Below, piece after piece: positions 10,529 to 20,585 of a stretch of 64,000 nt of DNA (positions are counted from its first letter, which is position 1; the number at the start of each line of letters is the position of its first letter). Below the pieces are notes generated by a model that was not told the origin of the DNA, did not search any database, and worked only from the letters and a program-made list of their open reading frames with translations. The stretch comes from Thermodesulfobacteriota bacterium (GTDB lineage Bacteria; Desulfobacterota_D; UBA1144; Nemesobacterales; UBA2774). The stretch spans positions 32,001 to 96,000 of the forward strand of contig OZ244991.1 of the NCBI GenBank assembly GCA_965223335.1, given 5' to 3'. Made by a program: the position numbers and the translations under genes.

Positions 10529-11192
10529 CTACTATAGAGCCGTCTTGCAAACGTATCCTTTTATTAAGCTTTTGTGCTATCTCGGGGTTATGTGTAACCA
10601 GCAGAGATGTTATTCCATCCTCTTCGTTGAGCATTAAAAACAGATCAAGAATAGTCGATCCTGTCTCTAAATCCAAATTTCCTGTGGGTTCATCCGCTAA
10701 AATCACCTGCGGTCTAAGGACCACAGCCCTCGCGATTGCTACGCGTTGCTGCTCTCCTCCCGAGAGTTCCCCAGGCCGATGTGTAAGACGCTCGGCAAGC
10801 CCCACACGTGTTAACATGTCCTCCGCTTTCTCTCGTGCCTCTTCTTGCGATATGCCCTGTATCAAGCAGGGGAGCATCACATTTTCAAGTGCGCTAAACT
10901 CCGTCATCAGATAATGGAACTGAAACACAAAACCAATCTCTTTATTTCTAAACATGGACAGTTCCTTATCCGTACCCTTAAAAACATCTTCACCCTCAAA
11001 TAGAACCTCTCCCGAAGACGGGCGGTCAAGTGTACCCAGAATGTGGAGCAGAGTGCTTTTGCCCGACCCCGACACTCCTACAACCGCTATCGTATCTCCC
11101 TTATGTATATCGAGATCAATACCTCTAAGAGCCTCTACCTTCCCTCCATCCGTCTCAAATACCTTCCATAAACCTCTTACACTAATCTCCAT
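10515..11192 (-). CDS. lolD: Lipoprotein-releasing ABC transporter ATP-binding protein
   Basis: GVSGSGKST, GFVFQFHYL, LSGGEQQRVAIARA, ADEPTGNLD. Confidence 0.92.
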   Translation of the reverse strand: MEISVRGLWKVFETDGGKVEALRGIDLDIHKGDTIAVVGVSGSGKSTLLHILGTLDRPSSGEVLFEGEDVFKGTDKELSMFRNKEIGFVFQFHYLMTEFSALENVMLPCLIQGISQEEAREKAEDMLTRVGLAERLTHRPGELSGGEQQRVAIARAVVLRPQVILADEPTGNLDLETGSTILDLFLMLNEEDGITSLLVTHNPEIAQKLNKRIRLQDGSIVDGNI

Positions 11193-11199
11193 ACCTTAC

Positions 11200-12498
11200 T
11201 TACTCATACCTTAATGCCTCAATAGGATCCTTCCTAGACGCCTGATACGACGGGTATAACGTCGCAAAAAAACAGATCAGCAAGGTGCACACAGCTACCG
11301 TCACAAAATAAATCGGTTCAATTTTAACCGGAAACTCGGAAATAGGATAGACATTATCATCAAAGGGGATCAACCCCCTTATCGATTCATTGGTTTTTAG
11401 TAGATAACAGATGCCAAATCCCGCAATAGTCCCTAAAATAGTGCCAATTGTTCCTATTACCATCCCATCTGCAACAAAGATCTTTAGTATACCATTGCGA
11501 GTAGCACCCATTGCCCTCAGTATCGCTATGTCCCTGCCTTTCTCCATCACAACCATGGTAAGGGTACTGACAATATCGAGCGCCGCCACCAAGATTATGA
11601 AACCGAGGAATATTGCTATTGCAATCCGCTCGAGTTGAAGAGCTTTAAACAGGCTTTTGTTAACATCCTCCCAGTTCCGAGTATAGTACGGAAACCCAAG
11701 CACTGTACCTATCTCGTTACCTACCTTTCTTGAGCTGTATATATCGTTTAGTTTAATCTCTACTCCTGTGACCTTATCCTCCATATCAAAAAACCCCATT
11801 GCATCGTCGAGGTTGAGATACGATATAGTCGAGTCATACTCGATCATGCCGTAGTCAAATATCCCGATTACCTCGTATTTTTTGACCTTGGCCGTGGGGC
11901 CAAACGGACCCATCTTGCCAAATGGGGAGACCAGGTTGACCAGATCACCTTCCAGGACCCCAAGCGTTCCCGCAAGCTCTTTCCCCACAAGTATAGGGGG
12001 TTTTCCTGTGCTTGTTTCTTTATCGAGTTTTATTAAGACCTCACGCCCCAGGTCTTTCAGTTTTTCGCCTTTAAGCTTGCTCGTTTTCCCCACTGCACCC
12101 CGCCCTATTGCCTGTTCAATAGTTGTCACGGTACCGGCTGTCTCGGTGTCAACCCCTCTAACCACAGTACCCGACACCCCTGTCTCGCTCGCAAGCATAG
12201 ACTGGCCGTAAATAAAGGGGCTAGCCCCAGCTACTTCCGGGTTCTCGAGCACCTTATCCCTTAGGCTCTCAAAATCGGATACAGGCCCGTCGTAGCTCAA
12301 CACCACCAGGTGCGAACTCACTCCCAGTATTTTTTCTCTCAGCTCCTCCTCAAACCCTCCCATCACTGCAATCACGACGTTTAGCGCCATCACGCCTATA
12401 AACACCCCTAACACCGAGATGAACCCGATTATCGAGGTAAACTTCTGCTTACGCCTCGAGCTTAAGTATCTGAGTCCTATAAATAGTTCGTATTTCAT
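11200..12498 (-). CDS. Lipoprotein-releasing ABC transporter permease (single LolC/E-type)
   Basis: [42 protein letters not shown]; adjacent to lolD. Confidence 0.92.
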   Translation of the reverse strand: MKYELFIGLRYLSSRRKQKFTSIIGFISVLGVFIGVMALNVVIAVMGGFEEELREKILGVSSHLVVLSYDGPVSDFESLRDKVLENPEVAGASPFIYGQSMLASETGVSGTVVRGVDTETAGTVTTIEQAIGRGAVGKTSKLKGEKLKDLGREVLIKLDKETSTGKPPILVGKELAGTLGVLEGDLVNLVSPFGKMGPFGPTAKVKKYEVIGIFDYGMIEYDSTISYLNLDDAMGFFDMEDKVTGVEIKLNDIYSSRKVGNEIGTVLGFPYYTRNWEDVNKSLFKALQLERIAIAIFLGFIILVAALDIVSTLTMVVMEKGRDIAILRAMGATRNGILKIFVADGMVIGTIGTILGTIAGFGICYLLKTNESIRGLIPFDDNVYPISEFPVKIEPIYFVTVAVCTLLICFFATLYPSYQASRKDPIEALRYE

Positions 12499-13958
12499 TC
12501 GGGTCTTAGATGAGGAAAAAAGATAACCTCTCTTATAGAAGGAGAGTTGGTAAAGAGCATCACAAGCCTGTCAATGCCGATCCCTGCGCCTGCCGTCGGC
12601 GGCATACCGTGCTCGAGTGCCCTAACAAAATCTATGTCCATCTCGTGGTACTCTTCCTCACCCTTGTCTTTTAGTTCAAGCTGGCGCTGAAACCTCTGTT
12701 TTTGATCTATGGGATCGTTTAATTCAGAGAACGCGTTTGCAATCTCACGCCCGTAAATATAGAGCTCGAAGCGGTCTGTGATCTCGCCGTTAGTCTCACT
12801 TTTCCTAGCAAGCGGCGAGACATCCAGCGGAAACCCGTACACAAAGGTCGGGTTCATAAGGTTATCCCCCACCAAGTGCTCAAAGAGCTCAGTGATCGCC
12901 TTGCCCTTTATGCCCTTGTGGTCGATCCCAAGTGAGGTTGCTTTATCAAATAGAGCCTTATCGTCCCCTGTGATTTCGGGGCCCAACTCTTTTTCTAAAG
13001 TCGCTGTAATATCCATTCGTTGCCAGGGCCTGTTAAAATCAAGCACCTTGTCGCCGTACTCAATGGTAAGCGAGCCAGTCAACTCCATCGCCAAATAACA
13101 TATCAGCTCCTCTACAAGATCCATCAGGTCTAGATAAGTGGCGTAGGACTGATAAAGCTCCATCATAGTGAACTCGGGGTTATGCTGTGTGGACACCCCT
13201 TCGTTACGAAATGTCCTGCCTATCTCATACACCCTCTCTATCCCCCCCACTACTAGTCTCTTTAAGTAGAGCTCAGGAGCGATTCTAAGATATAATTCCA
13301 TATCAAGTACGTTATGATGGGTCTTAAAAGGCTTTGCCGTAGCACCCCCGGCTATGGGATGTAGTATCGGGGTCTCCACCTCTACAAACTCCCTAGTGTC
13401 CATAAAGTCCCTGGTCAACTTAATGAGCCTGCTGCGTGTAAGAAAGATCCGCTTTATGTCGGGGTTCGATATAAGGTCCAGGTAACGCTGCCTGTAGCGG
13501 GCCTCTACGTCTTTTAACCCGTGCCACTTTTCGGGCAGGGGGTGTAGTGTTTTTGTAAGCAGGCTAAATTCTTTAACGCTCACAGTGAGTTCTCCTGTTT
13601 TTGTCTTAAACAGGTCCCCCGAAATACCTATAAAATCGCCCAGGTCGACATATTTTTTAAATAGCTTGGTGCTCTCATCACCCGCAACATCTTTACGGAT
13701 GTAACCTTGGATTTTCCCGCTACGGTCCTGGATGTGAAAAAAGAGACTCTTGCCAAAATCCCTAAGCGACACAACCCTGCCCGCTAGGCTAAAATCCTCG
13801 CCCCGAGTCTCTAGCTCTTCTTTTGAGAGCTGGTCGTATTGCTCATGCAGTTCCTGGGAAAGTGCCGAGGGCACATAACCGTTTGCATAGGGGTTGACAC
13901 CAAGCTCTAAAAGCGCCTCTAACTTTGCTTTCCTCTGATCGTATTGTTCATTTTCCAC
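12495..13958 (-). CDS. lysS: Lysyl-tRNA synthetase, class II
   Basis: [42 protein letters not shown]. Confidence 0.98.
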   Translation of the reverse strand: MENEQYDQRKAKLEALLELGVNPYANGYVPSALSQELHEQYDQLSKEELETRGEDFSLAGRVVSLRDFGKSLFFHIQDRSGKIQGYIRKDVAGDESTKLFKKYVDLGDFIGISGDLFKTKTGELTVSVKEFSLLTKTLHPLPEKWHGLKDVEARYRQRYLDLISNPDIKRIFLTRSRLIKLTRDFMDTREFVEVETPILHPIAGGATAKPFKTHHNVLDMELYLRIAPELYLKRLVVGGIERVYEIGRTFRNEGVSTQHNPEFTMMELYQSYATYLDLMDLVEELICYLAMELTGSLTIEYGDKVLDFNRPWQRMDITATLEKELGPEITGDDKALFDKATSLGIDHKGIKGKAITELFEHLVGDNLMNPTFVYGFPLDVSPLARKSETNGEITDRFELYIYGREIANAFSELNDPIDQKQRFQRQLELKDKGEEEYHEMDIDFVRALEHGMPPTAGAGIGIDRLVMLFTNSPSIREVIFFPHLRPE

Positions 13959-14045
13959 GGCTGGTACTGTCCTGTTTTATGGTTTTATAGATATTAAATT
14001 GTCGGTTGATTATCCGGTATTTACGGTTTGATATCTTGTTAATTT

Positions 14046-14456
14046 TTATAACCTTTTATCTTGGTCAAGAATAATATACGTTGCTATGGCCTTGGCTACA
14101 AGTTTATTTTCGTTATACAAATCCACTTCCCCGGGCACTATCCTTCCCCTACGCAAGAGCTTTGCTCGAGCCTCTACCGTACCTGAGCTCACAGGTGCCA
14201 AATAGTTAATCTTCATCTCGATAGTCACAAACTGTTTTTCCTTGCCCTCCACCGCTCCTATCGCATATGCCACTGCCGCGTCAGCCAATGCAAACAACGC
14301 CCCTCCGTGCATAATCCCAAAGGGCTGCTTCATCTGCTCTGTAAACGGCATGCTCAACCAAGAGGTACCACCGCCGCACTCAAGCACCTCCATCTTATGA
14401 AACAGGCAGTAGGGTGGCATGGGAAATGGGAGATCCAGTGGACTGTTTTCAGACAT
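14046..14456 (-). CDS. PaaI-family hotdog thioesterase
   Basis: GIMHGGALFALAD and TIEMKINYLAP. Confidence 0.88.
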   Translation of the reverse strand: MSENSPLDLPFPMPPYCLFHKMEVLECGGGTSWLSMPFTEQMKQPFGIMHGGALFALADAAVAYAIGAVEGKEKQFVTIEMKINYLAPVSSGTVEARAKLLRRGRIVPGEVDLYNENKLVAKAIATYIILDQDKRL

Positions 14457-14503
14457 ATTCTCTCACCTCATGTTTATATCTCATAAAAAAACGAACCTGT
14501 GCA

Positions 14504-15718
14504 TTATACACTACTTGTAGTACTTTTCGGCGATTCCCTTGCAAACACAGCAAAAACTATAAACCCGATTAGGCTTATAGCCCCCATAGACAAAAACATA
14601 GCAACAAACCCATAGCTCTCTGCCACCACACCGTTTATGAACGAACCTAGCATCCCTCCCCCAGTAAACGCCGCACTGCATATTGCCACAGCCTTGCCCC
14701 TGTTCGCCTCGCCCGCAAAATCAATCACAAGCGCATATAAAGTCGGGTACATAAACCCGTGGCTAAGCCCAAAAATCACTCCCGCCAAGACTAGATCCCA
14801 AAGAGAATCCACAAACCCCAGCAGATCCATACTGACTGCAAAAAATATAAGCGAGGGTATGACTGTCCTCTTTTTCCCTATCGTATCGGGCACCCAGCCT
14901 ACAAACACCCTCTCTATTATCACTGCAGTCGAATATGCGACATAAAAATATGAGAACGACTCTATCCCTATCCGCCTCGCATATACCGGAATAAAAATCA
15001 GTGTGGTAATAAACCCGTATCCGGTAATAAGCAATGTTAATGCAGATACCCAGATACGGTTGTTAAGCAAAACCCTATAAAACCCACTGCCCTCACCCGT
15101 AGATGAATCAACCGTCTTTTGTTCGCTTACAAACAACGCAACTAAAAATGCCAGGAGGCTAAGTGCAAAATTGAACTGGAAAAATAGAGGGAATCCGTAT
15201 TTATCTATGAGGATCATGCCGATAAACGGTGCCAGTGCATGGTTTAATATCGTAAACGCGCCGTAAAGACCAATGGCCTGCACTCTCTTTGAAGCAGGGG
15301 CAAAATCAGCCACAAGCACCCCACCCGAAATAAAAGCCAACGAGAATGCTGCTCCCTGCAATAGCCTTAGCAGTGGATAGATGTAATCAAGCCTGGTTAT
15401 ATATGCGAACGGTAAAATCGTAAGCGAAAAAAGCACTCCGCCCACAACCAAGAACCACTTTTTTCCCCAACGATCGACCAAGTTCCCCACCGCGGGGGTT
15501 GTAAAAATAGTTGCGAACACTGCCGCACCCATAATAAACCCTATCGTGGACTCCGTTCCCCCGAGTTCCTCTATCCTTATGGGCAGTAGCAAAAATGAAT
15601 GAAACGTAAAGAAAAAAATAAATATAGACAGGTTGACCAGTATCAAATTGCGGTTTAAAAACGAAACCCCGTTTCCCTGAGCCAGACGATTTTGATCAAC
15701 CTGATTTCGATCAACCAT
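14504..15718 (-). CDS. MFS transporter
   Basis: About 12 hydrophobic segments; motif A-like GNLVDRWGKK and DTIGKK; RLLQG. Confidence 0.9.
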   Translation of the reverse strand: MVDRNQVDQNRLAQGNGVSFLNRNLILVNLSIFIFFFTFHSFLLLPIRIEELGGTESTIGFIMGAAVFATIFTTPAVGNLVDRWGKKWFLVVGGVLFSLTILPFAYITRLDYIYPLLRLLQGAAFSLAFISGGVLVADFAPASKRVQAIGLYGAFTILNHALAPFIGMILIDKYGFPLFFQFNFALSLLAFLVALFVSEQKTVDSSTGEGSGFYRVLLNNRIWVSALTLLITGYGFITTLIFIPVYARRIGIESFSYFYVAYSTAVIIERVFVGWVPDTIGKKRTVIPSLIFFAVSMDLLGFVDSLWDLVLAGVIFGLSHGFMYPTLYALVIDFAGEANRGKAVAICSAAFTGGGMLGSFINGVVAESYGFVAMFLSMGAISLIGFIVFAVFARESPKSTTSSV

Positions 15719-15867
15719 AGATTAATAATCTCCGAAAACAACGCTATACAGTAATTAGTCCAAGTCAGTATGCAAGTCTGTTAAGCTCGGCTAAAAGCCC
15801 TCATGCAATGCAACAAAATAAAAAGGCCTCAGGTTATAATTAATTTGAGGGGGTCGTTATAACTCGT

Positions 15868-16365
15868 ATGATAAAAAATTTGCTTATTTTAGTATTAACA
15901 GCACTGCTCACAGTCTCAAGCTATTTACTATACGATACCAAGAAGATACAGATTTTGATACACGATGAGGATATTCAACATAGTTCACTTGAAACATCTG
16001 ATAGCTACGATCAATCCCCATATAATGATTCGACACCCGCTCCTCCTAACGTGGATTTGAGCACTCCTCGGAACAAGCAGTTAGCAGATCCGACATTGAT
16101 GCTCTCAGAAGGTTTTGTACCCGAGATTCACACAGACCCTGTTATAGCTCTCAGCATAGGACCCGATCACCAGATCATGTCTGGCTACAAAGTGATAGGG
16201 CCAAAAAAGTTCGTCATATTATCTGAAAACAACAAACCGGTGGTTAAGATTGATCTACAGTCGGGCAGTGTAGAGGTAGATGAAAACTACGATATAGACG
16301 ATGCCTCCAGAGAGTTTTGGAGATCGGTTGCCAAGAAATATCCCGAAGTGTGTTTTGTTGAATAG
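15868..16365 (+). CDS. Hypothetical membrane-anchored or exported protein
   Basis: 165-aa ORF with GAGGGG RBS, upstream TATAAT and an N-terminal hydrophobic segment. No family recognised. Confidence 0.75.
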   Translation: MIKNLLILVLTALLTVSSYLLYDTKKIQILIHDEDIQHSSLETSDSYDQSPYNDSTPAPPNVDLSTPRNKQLADPTLMLSEGFVPEIHTDPVIALSIGPDHQIMSGYKVIGPKKFVILSENNKPVVKIDLQSGSVEVDENYDIDDASREFWRSVAKKYPEVCFVE

Positions 16366-16387
16366 AACGGTCCGTGCTCGAGAACAC

Positions 16388-17671
16388 TTAGCTCTTGTAT
16401 ACCACTTTGCCGTTTACAAGAGTGTAAAGGACCCTACCCTTTAATTCCCATCCATGAAACGGTGTGTTTTTACCCTTTGAGTAGAATTCTTCTTTGTCGA
16501 TTACTACCTTGGCTTTGGGGTCAAAGATCACAACATCCCCCGGCACTCCCTCTTTCAACGTCCCCCTACCCAGGTTGACTATCTCGGAAGGTATAGAGGT
16601 CAACTTCTCTATCATTGTGTTTAGATCCAACACGCCGTCGTCAACGAGTTTAAGAGAGAGCTGCAACGCGGTCTCAAGGCCCACTATGCCAAACGGTGCT
16701 TTATCGAACTCAACATTTTTTTCGTCGCGGCTATGGGGAGCATGGTCCGTTGCAATTACATCGATCGTCCCGTCCTTAAGCCCCTTTCTTATTTCCTTGA
16801 GATCCTTTTTCGATCTAAGCGGCGGGTTCATCTTCGAGTTTGTATCGTAATCCAATAGTGTTTCATCAGTAAGCATAAAGTGGTGTGGCGTGGCCTCGGC
16901 AGTTACCCTAACACCACGTTTCTTGGCGTCTCTGATAAGCCTTACCGAACCTGCAGTAGAGACATGACAGATATGTAGACGCGAGCCAGTCAGTTCAGCG
17001 AGCATTATATCCCGGGACACCATCACATCCTCGGACTCAGCCGGAATCCCTCCCAGTCCGAGTAGTGTGGACGTTACACCCTCGTTCATGACCCCGCCTG
17101 CCGAGAGGTTATTGTCTTCGGCATGCGATATCACAGGTATATCGAATGCCTTCACGTACTCCATGGCATGGCGCATGACCTTGGAGTTCATCACCGGCAT
17201 CCCGTCGTCGGAGATCCCCACACACCCGGCCTCGTACATCTCGCCGATCTGTGCCAATGTCTCGCCCTTCTCGCCCTTTGTAATTGCACCAATAGGGAAT
17301 ACGTTTACCACTCCCTCTGTGCGGGCTTTAAACAGAATAAACTCAGTTACCGATGCGTTATCGTTAATCGGGTTGGTATTGGGCATACACACTATAGAGG
17401 TAAATCCCCCCGCTGCCGCAGAGAGTGTGCCTGTGTGTATAGTCTCTTTATGCTCGTACCCGGGCTCTCTTAGGTGCACATGAATGTCCACAAAACCCGG
17501 ACACACTATCTTGCCTTTTGCGTCAATCACCTTAGTTTTCTTAGTGATCTTGGGCTTGGCTGTTTTCGTGTAGAGTTTTTTAATAACCCCTTTTTCTAAA
17601 AGAAGGTCCCCTACCTTATTTATTCCTTGAGACGGGTCTATAATACGCCCGCCTTTAATCAGCACGCTCAT
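16388..17671 (-). CDS. pyrC: Dihydroorotase (long, multifunctional-complex type)
   Basis: [32 protein letters not shown]; metal ligands present. Confidence 0.95.
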   Translation of the reverse strand: MSVLIKGGRIIDPSQGINKVGDLLLEKGVIKKLYTKTAKPKITKKTKVIDAKGKIVCPGFVDIHVHLREPGYEHKETIHTGTLSAAAGGFTSIVCMPNTNPINDNASVTEFILFKARTEGVVNVFPIGAITKGEKGETLAQIGEMYEAGCVGISDDGMPVMNSKVMRHAMEYVKAFDIPVISHAEDNNLSAGGVMNEGVTSTLLGLGGIPAESEDVMVSRDIMLAELTGSRLHICHVSTAGSVRLIRDAKKRGVRVTAEATPHHFMLTDETLLDYDTNSKMNPPLRSKKDLKEIRKGLKDGTIDVIATDHAPHSRDEKNVEFDKAPFGIVGLETALQLSLKLVDDGVLDLNTMIEKLTSIPSEIVNLGRGTLKEGVPGDVVIFDPKAKVVIDKEEFYSKGKNTPFHGWELKGRVLYTLVNGKVVYKS

Positions 17672-18597
17672 ATCTCTTCACCGCCCGACACTACCAGGTA
17701 AAGCATAGCCATCCTCACTGCAATCCCGTTAGATACCTGATCTAAGATAACAGAATCGGGGCTGTCGGCAATATCCGACGAGAGCTCGACCCCGCGGTTT
17801 ATGGGCCCGGGGTGAAGCACAGTCACATCCTTTTTGGCCAGCTTGAGTTTGTCTTTGGATAAGCCGTAGAACCTGGAATACTCCCTTAGTGACGGAAAGT
17901 ACTCCGAGTCCTGCCTCTCTTGTTGTATACGCAGCATTATCACCACGTCCACATCCCTGATCGCCTCCCACATATCGTAGAACACCCCGACCCCGAGCTC
18001 ACTTAGGTCCTGTGGTATTAGTGTGGGGGGGCCAACAACCCGGACCTTTGCGCCTAGCTTAGTAAACCCCCATATATTGGACCTGGCTACTCTGCTGTGC
18101 AGCAGATCGCCGACTATCAATACACTAAGCCCTTTGATCCGCCCCTTTAGCTCCCTGATTGTAAACATATCCAAGAGTGCTTGGCTCGGGTGTTCGTGTG
18201 AACCGTCACCGGCATTGATAACTGAAGAATCGAGCTCCCTTGCCAAGAGCCAGGGGGCGCCCGACATCGAGTGGCGGACCACAATTACAGTTGCACCCAT
18301 TGCCTCGAGGTTCCTCGATGTATCGAGCAGTGTCTCGCCCTTCACCACACTGCTCTGTGAAGATGTGAAGTTGAGTACATCTGCACTTAATCTTTTTTCT
18401 GCTATTTCAAATGAAGAGCGGGTCCTGGTACTGGGTTCAAAGAAAAGGTTTACAACCGTAACACCTCTAAGTGCCGGCACCTTTTTAATATCCCTACTCG
18501 TCACCTCTTTCATGGATTCTGCGGTGTCGAGTATATGAGTTATCTCGCTCGCAGATAACTCCTCCAAACCCAATATGTGTTTCCGACTAAATGTCAT
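17668..18597 (-). CDS. pyrB: Aspartate carbamoyltransferase catalytic subunit
   Basis: [34 protein letters not shown]. Confidence 0.98.
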   Translation of the reverse strand: MTFSRKHILGLEELSASEITHILDTAESMKEVTSRDIKKVPALRGVTVVNLFFEPSTRTRSSFEIAEKRLSADVLNFTSSQSSVVKGETLLDTSRNLEAMGATVIVVRHSMSGAPWLLARELDSSVINAGDGSHEHPSQALLDMFTIRELKGRIKGLSVLIVGDLLHSRVARSNIWGFTKLGAKVRVVGPPTLIPQDLSELGVGVFYDMWEAIRDVDVVIMLRIQQERQDSEYFPSLREYSRFYGLSKDKLKLAKKDVTVLHPGPINRGVELSSDIADSPDSVILDQVSNGIAVRMAMLYLVVSGGEEI

Positions 18598-18600
18598 ATC

Positions 18601-19134
18601 CTATTTTGATTGTACAATTACTTCGTCAGATCCATCCACCTCTTTAAGCCTTACCACCACTTGCTCCGAGCTATTGGTTTTAACCTCAAGCCCTACATAA
18701 TCAGGCTGTATGGGAAGCTCTCGATGCCCCCTGTCTATAAACGCTACAAGCTCAATGCGAGTGGGACGACCGTAATCCATTATTGCCTCTATCGCAGCCC
18801 TGGTTGTCCTGCCAGTGTAAATCACATCGTCTACAAGCACAACGTTTCTTTGCTCGACCTGAAACGAAATATCCGACTTCTTAACCTCGGGCCACTCCGT
18901 ATTTTTCCTGAGATCATCTCTATACAGTGCAATATCCAAAACACCGATATCAGGACGTACCTTTTCTAATTTTTCTATGTTGTCGGCTATTCTTTCGGCT
19001 ATATGAACTCCCCGTGTCCTAACCCCAATGATCCCCAGTTCTTTGGCTCCCCTATTCCTCTCGATAATCTCGGATGCGATCCGTGAAATCGTTTCTTTGA
19101 CACTACCGCTATCCATCAGAACTTTAATCGTCAT
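18601..19134 (-). CDS. pyrR: PyrR bifunctional regulator / uracil phosphoribosyltransferase
   Basis: LDIALYRDD, LVDDVIYTGRT, DRGHRELPI. Confidence 0.95.
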   Translation of the reverse strand: MTIKVLMDSGSVKETISRIASEIIERNRGAKELGIIGVRTRGVHIAERIADNIEKLEKVRPDIGVLDIALYRDDLRKNTEWPEVKKSDISFQVEQRNVVLVDDVIYTGRTTRAAIEAIMDYGRPTRIELVAFIDRGHRELPIQPDYVGLEVKTNSSEQVVVRLKEVDGSDEVIVQSK

Positions 19135-19135
19135 A

Positions 19136-19480
19136 TTACCTGTATACTGTCTTTAGTTCTCCCTCGCACTCAGTCTCAAAAGTCATATCTTTCGTGTATC
19201 GGTTAAAGAGTGTGAATGAGTCGTCATAAGATATCCAGATCACAACTTTGTCCTTGGTCGTTTCCACTGTGTACTCATACGCATCCCGGGGTATCCCGAG
19301 CTCCTCAAACTTTTCCGGTATCCGGATATTTACCTGCTGCGAACCATACTTATGGTATCCCTCGGCATTTTCCTTGCATATTGCACGTAGCCCTAAAACC
19401 CCTTTATACATAACCGGCACGATCTCTATACCCAGATAGATAACTAAACCGATAATTGCAATCCATAGTACTGTCTTCAT
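19136..19480 (-). CDS. Small exported or membrane protein, possibly DUF4845-like
   Basis: GGAGG RBS and N-terminal TM ending IVPVMY. Sits right after lepB, where DUF4845 proteins typically lie. The family call is tentative. Confidence 0.55.
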   Translation of the reverse strand: MKTVLWIAIIGLVIYLGIEIVPVMYKGVLGLRAICKENAEGYHKYGSQQVNIRIPEKFEELGIPRDAYEYTVETTKDKVVIWISYDDSFTLFNRYTKDMTFETECEGELKTVYR

Positions 19481-19537
19481 TCCATATGACCTCCTGCAAA
19501 ATTGACACTAATTAACTACTATATTCTACACCTCATT

Positions 19538-20473
19538 TCAGTCTATATCCGACAGTATTCTCTTCCATCTTACTTTGCTTGCCCAGTCCCGGTTATCAAA
19601 ATCCCACGACCAGTGTATAAGAAAAGCTTTCCCTGCGATGTTTGAAATCGGCACAAAACCCCAGAACCTCGAGTCCTGGCTGTTATCACGGTTATCCCCC
19701 ATCACAAACACGTGGCCCTCGGGCACCTCGTTCACAGGAAGGTAGCGTCCTTGGGTAGTGTTCTCCTTGCCCTTTCTAAAAATAGCTCTGTGCGTTCCAG
19801 CCGGAAGCGTTTCGTCATACTCATCAAACTCATCCCCGTCCCTTTCGTCCGTATACGAGCCTACATATTCAACCGGCACTACCTGACCGTTTATTACGAG
19901 GTCCCTGCCGCTAAGCTCGACACTGTCACCCGGTAATCCAACCACCCTCTTTATGTAATATATACCCTTTTTTGAAGGGTCCCCTTCTGTATTGGGATAT
20001 GTAAACACTACAACATCTCCGCGTTCTATCTCCTCGAGGGGCAGAATCTCGATCCCTGTAAACGGGATCTTTGTTCCGTAAGCAAACTTGTTTACCAACA
20101 GATGGTCACCCACAAGTAATGTGGGTATCATAGAACCCGAGGGGATCTTAAAGGGCTGTACAATGAAGGTTCGGACCAAGAGTGCCAGGCCCACAGCCCA
20201 TAAAAGCGCTTCTACATTCTGGCGGAGTTTAGATTTACCAAACTTTGCAAGGTGCTCGTTGTATACCGACTCCAGTTCATCCGCTTTTTTTTCAAGCGCA
20301 CCGGTGGCATTCCCCGAGAGCTCATTTTCGACTCCATTTATTTTCTGGCGAATTAACTCCGCAACCTCCGGGTTTAGCTTATCGGAGTTCTTCAGGAGTG
20401 AACGCTTAACAATGGAAACTAAATGGCCGGCCTTTTTTTTGAGTTTGGACTCTTTGGACCACATTCCGAGCAT
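19538..20473 (-). CDS. lepB: Signal peptidase I
   Basis: IPSGSMIPTL (catalytic Ser), YIKRVVGLPGD (catalytic Lys), GDNRDNSQDSRFWG. Confidence 0.96.
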   Translation of the reverse strand: MLGMWSKESKLKKKAGHLVSIVKRSLLKNSDKLNPEVAELIRQKINGVENELSGNATGALEKKADELESVYNEHLAKFGKSKLRQNVEALLWAVGLALLVRTFIVQPFKIPSGSMIPTLLVGDHLLVNKFAYGTKIPFTGIEILPLEEIERGDVVVFTYPNTEGDPSKKGIYYIKRVVGLPGDSVELSGRDLVINGQVVPVEYVGSYTDERDGDEFDEYDETLPAGTHRAIFRKGKENTTQGRYLPVNEVPEGHVFVMGDNRDNSQDSRFWGFVPISNIAGKAFLIHWSWDFDNRDWASKVRWKRILSDID

Positions 20474-20485
20474 AGTAGAGAGTTG

Positions 20486-20514
20486 ATTATATATGGTGAA
20501 CTAATTACTTTCAA
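20486..20514 (-). promoter_or_regulatory. Sigma70-type promoter of lepB
   Basis: TTGAAA-17 nt-TATAAT, ending 12 nt before the ATG. Confidence 0.6.
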
Positions 20515-20585
20515 TATTTAACGAAGATCGGATAATCAAAAATAGAGATCAGTCAATGCACCAAATATTAAGATCCCCGTTTTTA

